From an uncultured Eubacteriales bacterium (GTDB lineage: Bacteria > Bacillota > Clostridia > Oscillospirales > Oscillospiraceae): DNA of 64,000 nucleotides. The translations under genes and the position numbers were made by a program. Positions 29,564 through 40,526 of this stretch are shown piece after piece; position 1 is the stretch's first letter; each line of letters opens with the position of its first letter. The notes under the pieces were generated by a model. The model saw nothing but the letters and a program-made list of their open reading frames with translations. It was not told the DNA's origin and searched no databases. The stretch lies in the NCBI GenBank assembly GCA_900550585.1, contig URST01000001.1, forward strand, positions 3,099 to 67,098, written 5' to 3'.

Positions 29564-30427
29564 TTGATACTTGATTGGCTCGAAGAATGGTTCAGGGGAA
29601 TATTGACAGACGGCATCATCGGAAACCTGACCGGCCTGTTTGATACCGTCAACGAAAAGGTGGGCGAAATCGCCGGAGAAGTAGGCGCAACGCCGCAGGG
29701 CTGGAACGCCGGAATTTTTAACATGATCCGCAGCCTTTCCGAAACAGTCATTATCCCGATAGCAGGCGCAATCCTCGCCTTTGTCATGTGCTATGAGCTG
29801 ATCCAGATGGTGACGGAGAAGAACAATATGCACGACATTGACACCTTTATGTTCTTCAAATGGGTGTTTAAGTCTTTTGCTGCTGTTCTGATCGTTACGA
29901 ACACATGGAATATCGTCATGGGGATTTTCGATATGGCGCAGCATGTGGTCAACCAGAGCGCAGGCGTGATTATCAGCGATACCAGCATTGACCTCGCTTC
30001 TGTGGTAACAGACCTTGAAGCGCAGCTTGAAGCAATGAGCCTTGGCGGGCTGATCGGACTGTGGTTTCAATCCCTGTTTGTGGGGCTGACCATGAATATC
30101 CTGTCTATCTGCATTATGCTGGTGATCTACGGCAGGATGATTCAGATTTACCTTGTGACCTCACTTGGCCCGATCCCGCTTTCCACCATGGCAAACAGCG
30201 AATGGCGCAGCGTCGGGCAGAATTACTTGAAATCTCTGCTGGCACTGGCGTTTCAGGCATTTCTCATTATGGTATGCGTGGGCATCTATGCGGTGCTGAT
30301 ACAGACCATCGGCGCAGGCGGCGACATCTCCGGCGCGATCTGGCGGGCGATGGGCTACACGGTGCTTTTGTGCTTCTGCCTGTTCAAAACCGGCAGCATG
30401 GCAAACGCAGTGTTCGGCGCACATTGA
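29564..30427 (+). CDS. VirB6/TrbL-like polytopic T4SS membrane protein
   Basis: Multiple TMs, YGRMIQIYL..PIPLST..GQNYLKSL; position in the T4SS operon. Confidence 0.88.
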   Translation: MILDWLEEWFRGILTDGIIGNLTGLFDTVNEKVGEIAGEVGATPQGWNAGIFNMIRSLSETVIIPIAGAILAFVMCYELIQMVTEKNNMHDIDTFMFFKWVFKSFAAVLIVTNTWNIVMGIFDMAQHVVNQSAGVIISDTSIDLASVVTDLEAQLEAMSLGGLIGLWFQSLFVGLTMNILSICIMLVIYGRMIQIYLVTSLGPIPLSTMANSEWRSVGQNYLKSLLALAFQAFLIMVCVGIYAVLIQTIGAGGDISGAIWRAMGYTVLLCFCLFKTGSMANAVFGAH

Positions 30428-30440
30428 CGGAGGTGAGACT

Positions 30441-31028
30441 ATCGGAAAATACAATATCATTTATGCCGACCCACCTTGGCGCTATGAAAGCGGAAAGGTG
30501 CAGGGCGCGGCAGAAAACCACTATCCCACCATGAGCATAGATAATCTGTGCGCTCTGCCGGTGGCAGAGCTGACCGCAAAAGACTGCGCCCTGTTTCTGT
30601 GGGCAACCTTTCCCCAGTTACCCGAGGCGCTGCGTCTGATCAAGGCGTGGGGCTTTCAATATAAGACTGTGGCCTTTGTCTGGCTGAAACGGAACCGGAA
30701 AAATCCCACATGGTTTTATGGATTGGGCTATTGGACGCGGGGCAACGCAGAAATATGTCTGCTGGCAACCAAAGGAAAACCGAAACGGCAGTCCGCAGGC
30801 GTACATCAATTCATTATCTCGCCCATAGAGCAGCACAGTAAAAAGCCAGATGAAGCAAGGCAGAAAATCCTTGCCCTTATGGGCGACCTGCCCCGTTTAG
30901 AACTGTTTGCCCGGCAGAAAGCACCGGGTTGGGACGTTTGGGGCAATGAAATTGCAAGCGATATTACGCTTGCGGAAAGGAGGAACGATGGCTTATGTGA
31001 ATGTGCCGAAGGACTTGAACAAGATTAA
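30441..31028 (+). CDS. MT-A70 family N6-adenine methyltransferase (probable ATC start)
   Basis: IIYADPPW catalytic motif lies in frame upstream of the listed GTG; LFLWAT, WGFQYKT, HSKKP, LELFAR, GWDVWGNE. Confidence 0.85.
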   Translation: MGKYNIIYADPPWRYESGKVQGAAENHYPTMSIDNLCALPVAELTAKDCALFLWATFPQLPEALRLIKAWGFQYKTVAFVWLKRNRKNPTWFYGLGYWTRGNAEICLLATKGKPKRQSAGVHQFIISPIEQHSKKPDEARQKILALMGDLPRLELFARQKAPGWDVWGNEIASDITLAERRNDGLCECAEGLEQD

Positions 31029-31389
31029 GTCCAAGGTGCTTTTCAATTTGACCAAACGACAACTGATCTGTTTTGGCGTGGCGGCGCTTATGGGAGTGCC
31101 GCTGTTCTTTTTACTCAAAGACAGCGCAGGAACCACGGCTGCGGCAATGGTGATGATCCTTGTCATGCTTCCCGGATTCCTGTTTGGCGTATATGAGAAG
31201 AACGGACAGCCCCTTGAAGTGGTTTTGCGGCAGATGATTGAAAGCTGCTTTATCCGTCCAAAGGAGCGCCCCTATCAGACCGATAACGCATACGCCGCCC
31301 TTGTGCGGCAATATCAAATGGAAAAGGAGGTAAAAGCGATTGTCCAAGGCGACAAAACCCGCAGCGGAAAACACAGCGGCAAAGCGTAA
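30988..31389 (+). CDS. prgI: PrgI family (VirB3-like) protein
   Basis: MAYVNVPKDL..K..FNLTKRQLICF, two TMs; AGGAGG RBS; precedes virB4. Confidence 0.88.
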   Translation: MAYVNVPKDLNKIKSKVLFNLTKRQLICFGVAALMGVPLFFLLKDSAGTTAAAMVMILVMLPGFLFGVYEKNGQPLEVVLRQMIESCFIRPKERPYQTDNAYAALVRQYQMEKEVKAIVQGDKTRSGKHSGKA

Positions 31390-33748
31390 ACTCACCCGCG
31401 CGGAAAAAAGAGAAATTGAGGCGATCATCCGCAAGTATAAGGGCGACGGCAAGCCCCATACGGCGCAGGACACGATTCCCTATCAGACCATGCACCCGGA
31501 CGGTATCTGCCATCTGGGCGGCAGGAGCTATTCCAAAAGCATTGAGTTTTTCGATGTGAACTACCAGCTTGCCCAGCCGGACGATCAGACAGCGATTTTT
31601 GAATACCTGTGTGATCTGTACAACTATCTGGACGCTTCCATTCATGTGCAGCTTACCTTTGTCAACCGGAAAACCGACCGGGAGCAGCTTGCACAGAGTT
31701 TTGAGATTCCGCTTTGCGGCGACGGATTAGACCATATCCGGCAGGAGAACACGGGGATTCTGAAACGTCAGCTTGAACGGGGCAATAACGGAAACGTCAA
31801 GACCAAGTATCTGACCTATACCATTGAGGCAGACAATCTGAAAGCAGCGCGGGCGCGGCTTACCCGCATTGAAACCGACCTGCTGGGCTACTTCAAGGTG
31901 ATGGGCGCAGCAGCGCGGGCATTGGACGGCAAAGATCGGCTGGAAGTGCTGCACGGTATCATGCACCCGGATGGCGAGCGGTTTTCCTTTGACTGGAATT
32001 GGCTTGCCCCAAGCGGGCTGTCCACCAAAGACTTTATCGCTCCGTCCTCATTTGCTTTTAAGAACAGCCGGATGTTCCAGATGGGCGGAAAGCTGTGCGC
32101 AGCCAGCTTCCTGCAAATTATCACCCCGGAGCTGAACGATCATGTATTGACGGACTTTCTGGATACCGATTCGGGCATTGTCGTCAATCTCCATGTGCAG
32201 GCGCTGGATCAGTCGGAAGCCGTCAAAATGATCAAGCGTAAGATTACCGATCTCGACGCCATGAAGATACAGGAACAGAAAAAAGCTGTCCGGGACGGCT
32301 ACGATATGGACATACTTCCCTCTGACCTTGCGACCTACGGCGGCGAAGCGAAAAAGCTCTTAAACGAACTGCAAAGCCGCAATGAGCGTTATTTCATGAT
32401 CACTTTCCTTGTGCTGAACTATGGCGATACCAGGCGCAAGCTGGAAAATGACGTGTTCCGCGCCGCAGGAGTGGCGCAGAAATACAACTGCCAGCTTACC
32501 CGTCTGGACTTCCAGCAGGAACAGGGGCTTGTATCGTCCCTGCCGCTGGGGGTGAGCCAGATCAAAATCACACGGGGAATGACGACCTCTGCCGTCGCGA
32601 TTATCGTTCCCTTCGTTACACAGGAGCTGTTCATGGGCGGCGATGCCTTTTATTACGGTCTGAACGCCAAATCCGGCAACATGATCATGCTGGATCGCAA
32701 GAATGCCCGTTCTCCCAACGGGCTGGTATTTGGTACACCCGGCGGGGGCAAGTCTTTTTCCTGTAAGCGCGAGATGGTAAGCGTGATTCTGAAAACCGGC
32801 GACCATGTGATCGTGTGCGACCCAGAGGGCGAATATGCGCCGCTGGTGAAGCTGCTCCACGGGCAGATTATCCGGCTGTCACCCACCAGCACCGACTATG
32901 TGAACCCGCTGGACATCAATCTGAATTATTCCGAGGACGAAAACCCGCTGGCGCTGAAATCCGACTTTGTACTGTCTTTTTGTGAGCTGATTATGGGCGG
33001 CAAGGCCGGACTGGAAGCCATTGAAAGAACGGTAATTGATCGGGCGGTACAGCGGATCTACCAGCCCTACTTTGCTGACCCATGCCCGGAGAATATGCCG
33101 ATCCTGTCCGACCTGCATGACGCGCTGACGGCGCAGCATTTACCGGAAGCCGACCGGGTAGCACAGGCGCTTGATCTGTATGTATCGGGATCCCTTAACT
33201 TCTTCAACCACAGAACGACGGTGGACATCAACAACCGCTTTGTCTGCTATGACATTAAGGAACTGCCGAAGAATCTGAAAAAGCCGGGTATGCTGATTAT
33301 TCAGGATCAGGTATGGAACCGTGTTACACTCAACCGCAACGCAGGCGTTTCCACATGGTATTATGCCGACGAGTTCCATTTGCTTCTGAAAGAACCGCAG
33401 ACCGCAGCCTATTCCGCAGAGATATGGAAGCGTTTCAGAAAATGGGGCGGCGTGCCGACGGGCGCGACCCAGAACGTCAAGGATCTTTTATCTTCACCGG
33501 AAATTGAAAACATCCTTGAAAACTCTGACTATATCTGTATGCTCAACCAAGCGGCAGGCGACCGCAAAATCCTTGCGGAACGGCTGAACATTTCATCGGA
33601 GCAGCTTAAATACGTTACCAACTCCGCGCCGGGCGAAGGTCTTTTGTTCTTTGAGAATGTAATCCTGCCTTTCGTGGATCACTTCCCCAAGGACACCGAG
33701 CTTTACCGTATCATGTCCACCAAGCCAAGTGAGGTGAACGGACAATGA
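31340..33748 (+). CDS. virB4: VirB4-like conjugal transfer ATPase
   Basis: GTPGGGKSF, DPEGEY, ADEFHLLL, RFRKWGG..TGATQNV. Confidence 0.95.
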   Translation: MSKATKPAAENTAAKRKLTRAEKREIEAIIRKYKGDGKPHTAQDTIPYQTMHPDGICHLGGRSYSKSIEFFDVNYQLAQPDDQTAIFEYLCDLYNYLDASIHVQLTFVNRKTDREQLAQSFEIPLCGDGLDHIRQENTGILKRQLERGNNGNVKTKYLTYTIEADNLKAARARLTRIETDLLGYFKVMGAAARALDGKDRLEVLHGIMHPDGERFSFDWNWLAPSGLSTKDFIAPSSFAFKNSRMFQMGGKLCAASFLQIITPELNDHVLTDFLDTDSGIVVNLHVQALDQSEAVKMIKRKITDLDAMKIQEQKKAVRDGYDMDILPSDLATYGGEAKKLLNELQSRNERYFMITFLVLNYGDTRRKLENDVFRAAGVAQKYNCQLTRLDFQQEQGLVSSLPLGVSQIKITRGMTTSAVAIIVPFVTQELFMGGDAFYYGLNAKSGNMIMLDRKNARSPNGLVFGTPGGGKSFSCKREMVSVILKTGDHVIVCDPEGEYAPLVKLLHGQIIRLSPTSTDYVNPLDINLNYSEDENPLALKSDFVLSFCELIMGGKAGLEAIERTVIDRAVQRIYQPYFADPCPENMPILSDLHDALTAQHLPEADRVAQALDLYVSGSLNFFNHRTTVDINNRFVCYDIKELPKNLKKPGMLIIQDQVWNRVTLNRNAGVSTWYYADEFHLLLKEPQTAAYSAEIWKRFRKWGGVPTGATQNVKDLLSSPEIENILENSDYICMLNQAAGDRKILAERLNISSEQLKYVTNSAPGEGLLFFENVILPFVDHFPKDTELYRIMSTKPSEVNGQ

Positions 33749-34698
33749 GCCTGCCCATTGACACCATCCTTTGCGGCGATTGCCTGTCTGTGCTGAAAAC
33801 CCTGCCGGACGAAAGCATCCATTGCTGCGTGACTTCGCCGCCGTATTATGGCTTGCGTGATTACGGCATGGATGCGCAGATCGGGCGTGAGGACACACCG
33901 GAGGAATACATAGCACGGCTGACGGCGGTATTCCGTGAAGTAATGCGTGTGCTGCGCCCGGATGGGACACTCTGGCTGAATATCGCGGACAGCTATTGCG
34001 GCACGTCCGGTAAGGGTACTGCCCGGGATCCCAAATATCCGAACGGGCGCAACGGGCAGATTGTTTCCCTGTCCCGCATGGTACAGGGCTGCAAGCCAAA
34101 GGACATGATCGGGATCCCGTGGATGCTGGCGTTCTCCCTGCGCGGTGCAGGCTGGTATCTGCGCAACGACATTATTTGGGCAAAAGGAAATCCCATGCCG
34201 GAAAGTATCAAAGACCGGTGTACCCGCAGCCATGAACACATTTTTCTGTTTTCCAAAAGCAAACGGTATTTCTACGACTGGCAGGCCATAGCCGAGCCGA
34301 TCGCGCCCACAACTGCCCTGCGCAAGAAAAACGGGCGCGGCGTGGGCAAGTATTCTTCTCCCGTTCCCGGTCAGCCGCAAACCCAAAATATTAACAAGCC
34401 CAGAGAAAAAGGCAGCATAACCGACGAAATGATTTCGCCCGTCCGGGCTAAGCGCGACGTGTGGTTTATCAACACCGTGCCGTACAAGGGCGGGCATTTT
34501 GCTGCCTATCCGCCAAAGCTGGCGGAAAACTGCATACTGGCAGGATGTCCGGCAGGCGGGGTTGTCCTTGACCCATTCATGGGCAGCGGTACGACGGGGC
34601 TTGCGGCAAAACGGCACGGACGGCACTACATCGGCATTGAACTGAACACAGCGTTTTGTTCCCTTGCAAGGGACCGGATCGGAGGTGATACCACTTGA
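33745..34698 (+). CDS. Orphan N4-cytosine/N6-adenine DNA methyltransferase (beta class)
   Basis: VTSPPY catalytic motif N-terminal; VLDPFMGSGTT SAM-binding motif C-terminal. Confidence 0.9.
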   Translation: MSLPIDTILCGDCLSVLKTLPDESIHCCVTSPPYYGLRDYGMDAQIGREDTPEEYIARLTAVFREVMRVLRPDGTLWLNIADSYCGTSGKGTARDPKYPNGRNGQIVSLSRMVQGCKPKDMIGIPWMLAFSLRGAGWYLRNDIIWAKGNPMPESIKDRCTRSHEHIFLFSKSKRYFYDWQAIAEPIAPTTALRKKNGRGVGKYSSPVPGQPQTQNINKPREKGSITDEMISPVRAKRDVWFINTVPYKGGHFAAYPPKLAENCILAGCPAGGVVLDPFMGSGTTGLAAKRHGRHYIGIELNTAFCSLARDRIGGDTT

Positions 34699-36743
34699 AA
34701 GACCCATTAAAACCCCGGGATAAAATTACCCAGCACATGACCCGTGACGGGCTGGTGCGGGAAAATCAGACGACGGGCGAAGTACAGAGCGTTTCCGGCA
34801 GGGATGCGGAACAAAATTTTTCCCCTGCGGCGCAGGAGGATCTTCCGGTTTCTGCGGGCGGCACAGCGGAAAAGGCACTGAACCGCGCTGTATCTGAGCA
34901 TGACGCTCATGCCGCAAGAAAACGAATCCGAAAAGCAAACAGCAAGATCCGTGAGGGCGAAGCTGTCCGGCAGCGCCCCGGCTCCCGGCTGCAATTCAGC
35001 GACGAGGAACGCGGCGATCCGGCACTGCAAAAGTATATCCGCAAATCCGAAACACGGGCAGATAAGCTGGACACTGCGCGGGAAGCCATACCGAAAAAGC
35101 GTGTTTTACACAAAGAGCGTGTTTTTGACGAGGCAACCGGCACGGCGCATACCAAGCTGCGCTTTGATAAGGTGGATCAGCCTGCCCCAAAGATTAAATC
35201 CAATCCGGCAGGCCGACCCGTGCGGGAGGCAGCAATGCTTGTCCATGGGAAAATTCACGAGGTTGAGAATGAAAACGTCGGTGTGGAAAGTGGACATAAG
35301 GGCGAGGAACTTGCCGAGCGCGGCGCTGGCGGTGCATACCGCTATGCAAAACGCCGTCATAAGTTGAAACCTTACCGGGCAGCGGCAAAAGCCGAGCAAA
35401 AGGCAGTCAAAGCCAATGCGGAATATATGTATCAAAAGGCATTGTATGACAATCCGACGCTTCTTTCCGGCAATCCTCTCAACCAGTTTTTCCAGAAACA
35501 GCGGTTAAAGCGAGAATACGCCAAGGCAGCACGGGCGGCAAAAACGGCAGGCAGTACAGCGCAGAAAACCGCGCAGACCACCAAAAAGACCGCCGAAGCG
35601 TCCGCGAAAGCGGCAAAGCGTGTTGCCGAGGAAGCAAAGAAAACGGCTTCATTTGTAGCGCGGCACTGGAAAGGCTGTCTGATTGTCCTTGCAGGTTTCC
35701 TCCTTATTGTACTGCTGATCGGCGGGCTGCAATCCTGCTCCATTCTCTTTTCCGGTGCGGGCGGCGGTGTCGCAGCATCTTCCTACCAATCGGAGGACGC
35801 GGACATTCTTGCTGCCGAAGCCGCCTACTGTGAACTGGAAGCAGAGCTGCAAAGGTATCTGGACACCTACGAAAGCACCCATGACTACAACGAATACCAC
35901 TATGACCTTGACGAGATCGAGCATGACCCTTATGTACTGATCTCGATTCTCTCTGCGCTCCATGAGGGCGCATGGACGGCTGGCGAGGTACAGGCAACAC
36001 TGCAAATGCTCTTTGAGAAGCAGTATATCCTGACCGAAACCGTTACAAGGGAGGTGCGCTACCGCACGGAAACGAGAACGGGGACGCGGACTGTGACCGA
36101 TCCCGAAACAGGCGAAACCAGCACGGAAACCTACGAATACACCGTCCAAGTTCCCTATGACTATTACATCTGCCAGGTGTCACTTGAAAACTTCAACCTT
36201 TCCCATGTTCCCGTGTACATCATGGGCGAGGAAACTTTGAGCAAATATGCCCTGTATATGTCCGTGCTGGGCAACCGACCGGATCTGTTCGGCAATTCTG
36301 AGTACATCAGCCGGTATATTACAAACCGGCCTGCAGGTTATGAAATTCCCGCATCGGCGCTGGAAGATGAAACCTTTGCCACGCTGATTGCCGAGGCGGA
36401 GAAATATATCGGGTATCCGTATGTCTGGGGCGGCAGCAATCCAAATACCTCTTTTGACTGTTCCGGCTTTGTATCTTGGGTGCTGACCAACAGCGGCGTA
36501 TGCAATACCGGGCGTTTGGGTGCGCAGGGGCTATATAACATCTCTACCCCTGTTTCCAATCCCCAGCCGGGTGATCTGGTGTTTTTTACGGGAACCTATG
36601 ACACGCCGGGCGTTTCTCATGTGGGTATTTATGTGGGCAATTCCATGATGCTGCACTGTGGGGATCCGATTTCGTATTCTAATCTGAACAGCAGCTATTG
36701 GCAGTCCCATTTCTACGCCTACGCCAGACCGCCCTACAACTAA
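34695..36743 (+). CDS. Conjugation cell-wall hydrolase with C-terminal NlpC/P60 domain
   Basis: Central TM; YIGYPYVWGG, FDCSGFV, HVGIY. Confidence 0.9.
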   Translation: MKDPLKPRDKITQHMTRDGLVRENQTTGEVQSVSGRDAEQNFSPAAQEDLPVSAGGTAEKALNRAVSEHDAHAARKRIRKANSKIREGEAVRQRPGSRLQFSDEERGDPALQKYIRKSETRADKLDTAREAIPKKRVLHKERVFDEATGTAHTKLRFDKVDQPAPKIKSNPAGRPVREAAMLVHGKIHEVENENVGVESGHKGEELAERGAGGAYRYAKRRHKLKPYRAAAKAEQKAVKANAEYMYQKALYDNPTLLSGNPLNQFFQKQRLKREYAKAARAAKTAGSTAQKTAQTTKKTAEASAKAAKRVAEEAKKTASFVARHWKGCLIVLAGFLLIVLLIGGLQSCSILFSGAGGGVAASSYQSEDADILAAEAAYCELEAELQRYLDTYESTHDYNEYHYDLDEIEHDPYVLISILSALHEGAWTAGEVQATLQMLFEKQYILTETVTREVRYRTETRTGTRTVTDPETGETSTETYEYTVQVPYDYYICQVSLENFNLSHVPVYIMGEETLSKYALYMSVLGNRPDLFGNSEYISRYITNRPAGYEIPASALEDETFATLIAEAEKYIGYPYVWGGSNPNTSFDCSGFVSWVLTNSGVCNTGRLGAQGLYNISTPVSNPQPGDLVFFTGTYDTPGVSHVGIYVGNSMMLHCGDPISYSNLNSSYWQSHFYAYARPPYN

Positions 36744-36769
36744 TCTGAAAATCGAAAGGAGTAAACATT

Positions 36770-37027
36770 ATGGCACTTACTAAGCTGGAACGTATCGAAC
36801 GGGAGATTGAAAAGACCCGTGGCAAAATTACCGAGTATCAAAACAAGCTCAAAGAGCTGGAAGCCCAGCGCACCGAACAGGAAAACTTTGAGATTGTGGG
36901 TATTGTGCGCTCCATGTGCATGACCCGCGACGAACTGATGGACTTTCTGCGCAGCGGCGGCAACGATGCGCCGCCTGCGGAAAATGTCTATCACGAACAG
37001 GAGGATATGACCAATGACGAGGAATAA
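36770..37027 (+). CDS. DUF4315-like small coiled-coil ICE protein
   Basis: Coiled coil and [10 protein letters not shown]; typical position after the hydrolase. Confidence 0.75.
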   Translation: MALTKLERIEREIEKTRGKITEYQNKLKELEAQRTEQENFEIVGIVRSMCMTRDELMDFLRSGGNDAPPAENVYHEQEDMTNDEE

Positions 37028-37811
37028 AGGAAAGCTGCGTACTGTTATCGTGCTGCTTGCCGCCGTGCTTTGCATGACGGCTTTTTCTACGGTTGCCTAT
37101 GCAGGCGGCGGCGATTACTACGACAGCGAGCTGCCGCCGGAAAGCACTGCAACAGAAGAAACGGAACCTGCTGCTTCCGAGCCGTCCCCGGCCGTGGAAC
37201 CGGGGACGCCCTTTACGGAGGACGGGATCGCGCTGACCCGGGATCTGCTTTTTGATAAGGCAACCAACAAGCAGTTTATTACGGTGGAAACCAGAAGCGG
37301 ACATACCCTGTATATCATCATTGATTATGATAAACCCGCCGACGAGGACGGCGAACAGTATCACACCTATTTCCTCAACCCCGTGGACGAAGCTGATCTT
37401 TTGGCACTATTGGAGGACGAGGGCGGAAACAGCCCTATTACCTGTAGCTGCACCGAAAAATGCAGCGCAGGCAAGGTTAATACAGCCTGCCCCATTTGCA
37501 GCACCAATATGAGCGAGTGCGCCGGAAAAGAAGCTGCCCCTGCCGATCTGGAACCGACCGAGCCAACCGAAGAACCGAAGAAAAGCAATGTGGGCGGTAT
37601 CCTTGCGATTGTCTTAATACTTGCGTTGGGCGGCGGCGCTGCTGTGTGGTACTTCAAGTTCCGCAAACCGAAAGCCGATACCAAAGGCAGCACCGAGCTG
37701 GATGAGTTCGATTTTGACGAGGATGACGAGGAAGAAACCGACAATTACGGTGATTATGGGGCTGACGGCAATGTGCCGGTGCAGGCCGATGAACAGGAGG
37801 ACAACGAATGA
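37014..37811 (+). CDS. DUF4366-like membrane-anchored ICE protein
   Basis: Signal peptide, KQFITV.T..G...YIIID, YFLN.VDEADL, Cys cluster, C-terminal TM. Confidence 0.8.
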   Translation: MTRNKGKLRTVIVLLAAVLCMTAFSTVAYAGGGDYYDSELPPESTATEETEPAASEPSPAVEPGTPFTEDGIALTRDLLFDKATNKQFITVETRSGHTLYIIIDYDKPADEDGEQYHTYFLNPVDEADLLALLEDEGGNSPITCSCTEKCSAGKVNTACPICSTNMSECAGKEAAPADLEPTEPTEEPKKSNVGGILAIVLILALGGGAAVWYFKFRKPKADTKGSTELDEFDFDEDDEEETDNYGDYGADGNVPVQADEQEDNE

Positions 37812-39886
37812 GTATTTTGATTATCTGTGAAAAGCCCTCTGTTGCAAAGACCATTGCGGGTGCTCTTGGGGCAAAGGAGCAAAAAGACGGCTACATACAG
37901 GGCAACGGGCTGCTGGTGTCCTGGTGCATTGGACATCTGGTGAGTATGGCCGACGCAGGCAGCTATGACGAGCGTTTCAAAAAGTGGCGATACGAAGATT
38001 TGCCGATTCTGCCTGAGGACTGGAAATATACGCTGACCCCCGGCAAGGAAAAGCAGTTTTCCGTCTTAAAGGAGCTGATGCATCGCCCCGATGTGACGGA
38101 GCTGGTGAACGGCTGCGACGCCGGGCGCGAGGGTGAGCTGATTTTCCGCTTTGTCTATGAACAGGCTGATTGCCGCAAGCCGTTCAAGCGACTGTGGATT
38201 TCTTCTATGGAGGACAGCGCGATCCGCGAGGGCATGGACACGCTCAAAGACGGGCGAGAGTATGACCCGCTGTATCATTCGGCGCTGTGTCGTGTGCGGG
38301 CAGATTGGCTGGTGGGCATCAATGCTACCCGCCTTTTCTCCGTGCTGTACCATAAGACGCTGAATGTGGGGCGCGTTCTTTCCCCGACGCTGAATCTACT
38401 GGTGGAGCGCGACGGGAAGATTGCCACGTTCAAGAAAGAAAAATATCATATTGTGCAGATCGGCTGTGGCAGTGTGAAAGCGGAAAGTGAGCGCATTGCC
38501 GACGCTGCCGAAGCAAATGCCCTGCAAACGGCTTGCGAGCATTCGCAGGCCGTTTGTGCTTCTCTGAAAAAAGAAAAGAAAACCATACAGCCTCCGAAGC
38601 TCTATGACCTTACTTCCTTGCAGCGGGAAGCCAACCGCATTTACGGCTTTACTGCCAAGCAGACCCTTGATTATGCCCAAGCCCTGTACGAAAAGCGGCT
38701 GCTGACCTATCCGAGAACGGACAGCAATTACATCACTTCCAATATGGAACAGACGGCGGCTGATCTTGTCGCGGCGCTGCTGCCGCAGCTTCCCTTTATG
38801 CAGGGCGTGGAGCTTGCCCCGGAGATGGGGCGCGTTATCAACAATGCCAAGGTAACAGACCATCATGCAATTCTGCCCACAGCGGAGCTTGCAAAGGCTG
38901 GTTTTACAGGACTTGCAGAAAGCGAAAAGAAACTGCTGTCCCTTATCTGCTGCAAGCTGCTTTGCGCGGTTGCTCCTGACCATGTGTACGAAGCTGTCAC
39001 TGCCGTATTTGAGTGCAGCGGCAAGCAGTTTACCGCCAAGGGCAAAAATGTCCTTCACGGTGGTTGGAAAGACATTGACGCCTGTTTCCGCACTATGCTG
39101 AAAGGCAAATCCGATGTGGACACCGAGGACGAAGCGACGCTGCCGGAGCTTTTTGAGGGACAGGCCTTTGACAACCTTGCCGCATCTGTTACCGAGCATT
39201 ACACCACCCCGCCGAAACCATATACCGAAGATACGCTGCTGTCCGCTATGGAAAGTGCGGGCAAAGAGGATATGCCCGATGAAGCCGAGCGCAAGGGACT
39301 GGGTACACCCGCGACCCGCGCTGCCATGATCGAAAAGCTGCTGTCTGCCGGATTTGTGGAGCGCAAGGGCAAAAGCCTTGTGCCGACCAAAGACGGCGTG
39401 AATCTGGCGGTCATTCTGCCGGATATGCTGAAATCCCCGCAGCTTACCGCTGAATGGGAAAGCAGGCTGACCGAGATTGCTAAAGGTAACGCAAATCCGG
39501 ACGAGTTTATGGGTGGTATTGCCGAGCTGACGCGGGAATTGGTGAAGCAGTATTCTCACATCACCGAGGACGGGAAAAAACTGTTTGCACCGGAAAAGGA
39601 AGCCATTGGCACCTGTCCCCGCTGCGGCAGCCCCGTCTATGAGGGAAAGAAAAACTATTATTGTTCCAACCGCGCCTGCCGCTTTGTCATGTGGAAGAAC
39701 GACAGATTTTTTGCGAGCAGGAAAACAGTATTTTCAAAGAAAATCGCTGCTGCGCTCTTGAAAGACGGTAAGGCAAAGGTCAAAGGCTTGTATTCTGAGC
39801 GCACAGGTAAAACCTATGACGGTACGGTGCTTCTCTGCGACACAGGCGATCAGTATGTGAATTACCGTATCGAGCAGCGAAAATGA
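37808..39886 (+). CDS. topB: DNA topoisomerase III
   Basis: EKPSVA, GHL, DAGREGE, TYPRTDS (catalytic Tyr), [10 protein letters not shown]-terminal zinc ribbon. Confidence 0.95.
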   Translation: MSILIICEKPSVAKTIAGALGAKEQKDGYIQGNGLLVSWCIGHLVSMADAGSYDERFKKWRYEDLPILPEDWKYTLTPGKEKQFSVLKELMHRPDVTELVNGCDAGREGELIFRFVYEQADCRKPFKRLWISSMEDSAIREGMDTLKDGREYDPLYHSALCRVRADWLVGINATRLFSVLYHKTLNVGRVLSPTLNLLVERDGKIATFKKEKYHIVQIGCGSVKAESERIADAAEANALQTACEHSQAVCASLKKEKKTIQPPKLYDLTSLQREANRIYGFTAKQTLDYAQALYEKRLLTYPRTDSNYITSNMEQTAADLVAALLPQLPFMQGVELAPEMGRVINNAKVTDHHAILPTAELAKAGFTGLAESEKKLLSLICCKLLCAVAPDHVYEAVTAVFECSGKQFTAKGKNVLHGGWKDIDACFRTMLKGKSDVDTEDEATLPELFEGQAFDNLAASVTEHYTTPPKPYTEDTLLSAMESAGKEDMPDEAERKGLGTPATRAAMIEKLLSAGFVERKGKSLVPTKDGVNLAVILPDMLKSPQLTAEWESRLTEIAKGNANPDEFMGGIAELTRELVKQYSHITEDGKKLFAPEKEAIGTCPRCGSPVYEGKKNYYCSNRACRFVMWKNDRFFASRKTVFSKKIAAALLKDGKAKVKGLYSERTGKTYDGTVLLCDTGDQYVNYRIEQRK

Positions 39887-40263
39887 TCCGGCTGAATGAA
39901 GCGCAGTATCGCAAGGTGAAAAAGCTGACCCGCCGCCTTTGTGCAAACAATGACGGCGGATGCTGCTTGCTGCTGGACGACGGGGATCCGTGTGTATGTG
40001 TGCAGGCGATCAGCTTTTCTCTACTGTGCCGGTATTTTCGGGAAGCGGTACTGCCTGCCGACCGGGAGCTGTGCGCGGATATTATGTGCCAGCATGATAC
40101 TCGCAAAAGATGTGAGCTGTGCGGAAAGCCGTTCCACGCCCGCAGCAATCGCGCCAAATACTGCGACGCCTGCGCAGTATTTGCAGCACGGCGGATGGCT
40201 TGTGAACGCAAGCGCCGTGAACGCGAAAGAAACACTAAAACAAAGCTGCAAGTCACGGTTTAG
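39883..40263 (+). CDS. Cysteine-rich VLP domain protein
   Basis: CAN...C...C...LLCRYFREAVLP plus CxxC...YCxxC. Confidence 0.8.
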   Translation: MIRLNEAQYRKVKKLTRRLCANNDGGCCLLLDDGDPCVCVQAISFSLLCRYFREAVLPADRELCADIMCQHDTRKRCELCGKPFHARSNRAKYCDACAVFAARRMACERKRRERERNTKTKLQVTV

Positions 40264-40364
40264 GGGCTGAAAAAGCCTTGCAGCAAGCTACTTTCCAGCC
40301 GCACTTTTGGTATGCGAGGGATAAACCTGCCAAACAGCCGAAAAATGGCTTTGAAAGCGTGACA
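40250..40364 (+). repeat. 115-bp element, copy A (terminal GTCACGGTTT...AAAGCGTGAC)
   Basis: Homologous at both ends to the reverse complement of 46268-46382. Confidence 0.7.
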
Positions 40365-40400
40365 TACGAGTTTCCGGCTCTGCCGGAGAAAAGAAAGTTA

Positions 40401-40526
40401 CGCAGCAAGCATAGGGAGTGTAGCTACACTCCCGACAAGTCCCCACTTTTCTCCATGGAGATCAGCGGGGATTTGTCTTTTGGGATACTCCCAAACCCCT
40501 ATATTTTTGAAAGGAGCGAACGCATG
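40401..40526 (+). repeat. Second copy of the oriT/mobC leader
   Basis: 40401-40435 matches the reverse complement of 50278-50312 at 34/35; second hairpin, RBS and ATG context are also shared. Confidence 0.8.

Noticed and set aside
40278..40523. 82-aa N-terminal extension of the polyvalent protein from TTG 40278
   Set aside because: The region consists of the 115-bp element and the oriT-like leader; the RBS supports ATG 40524
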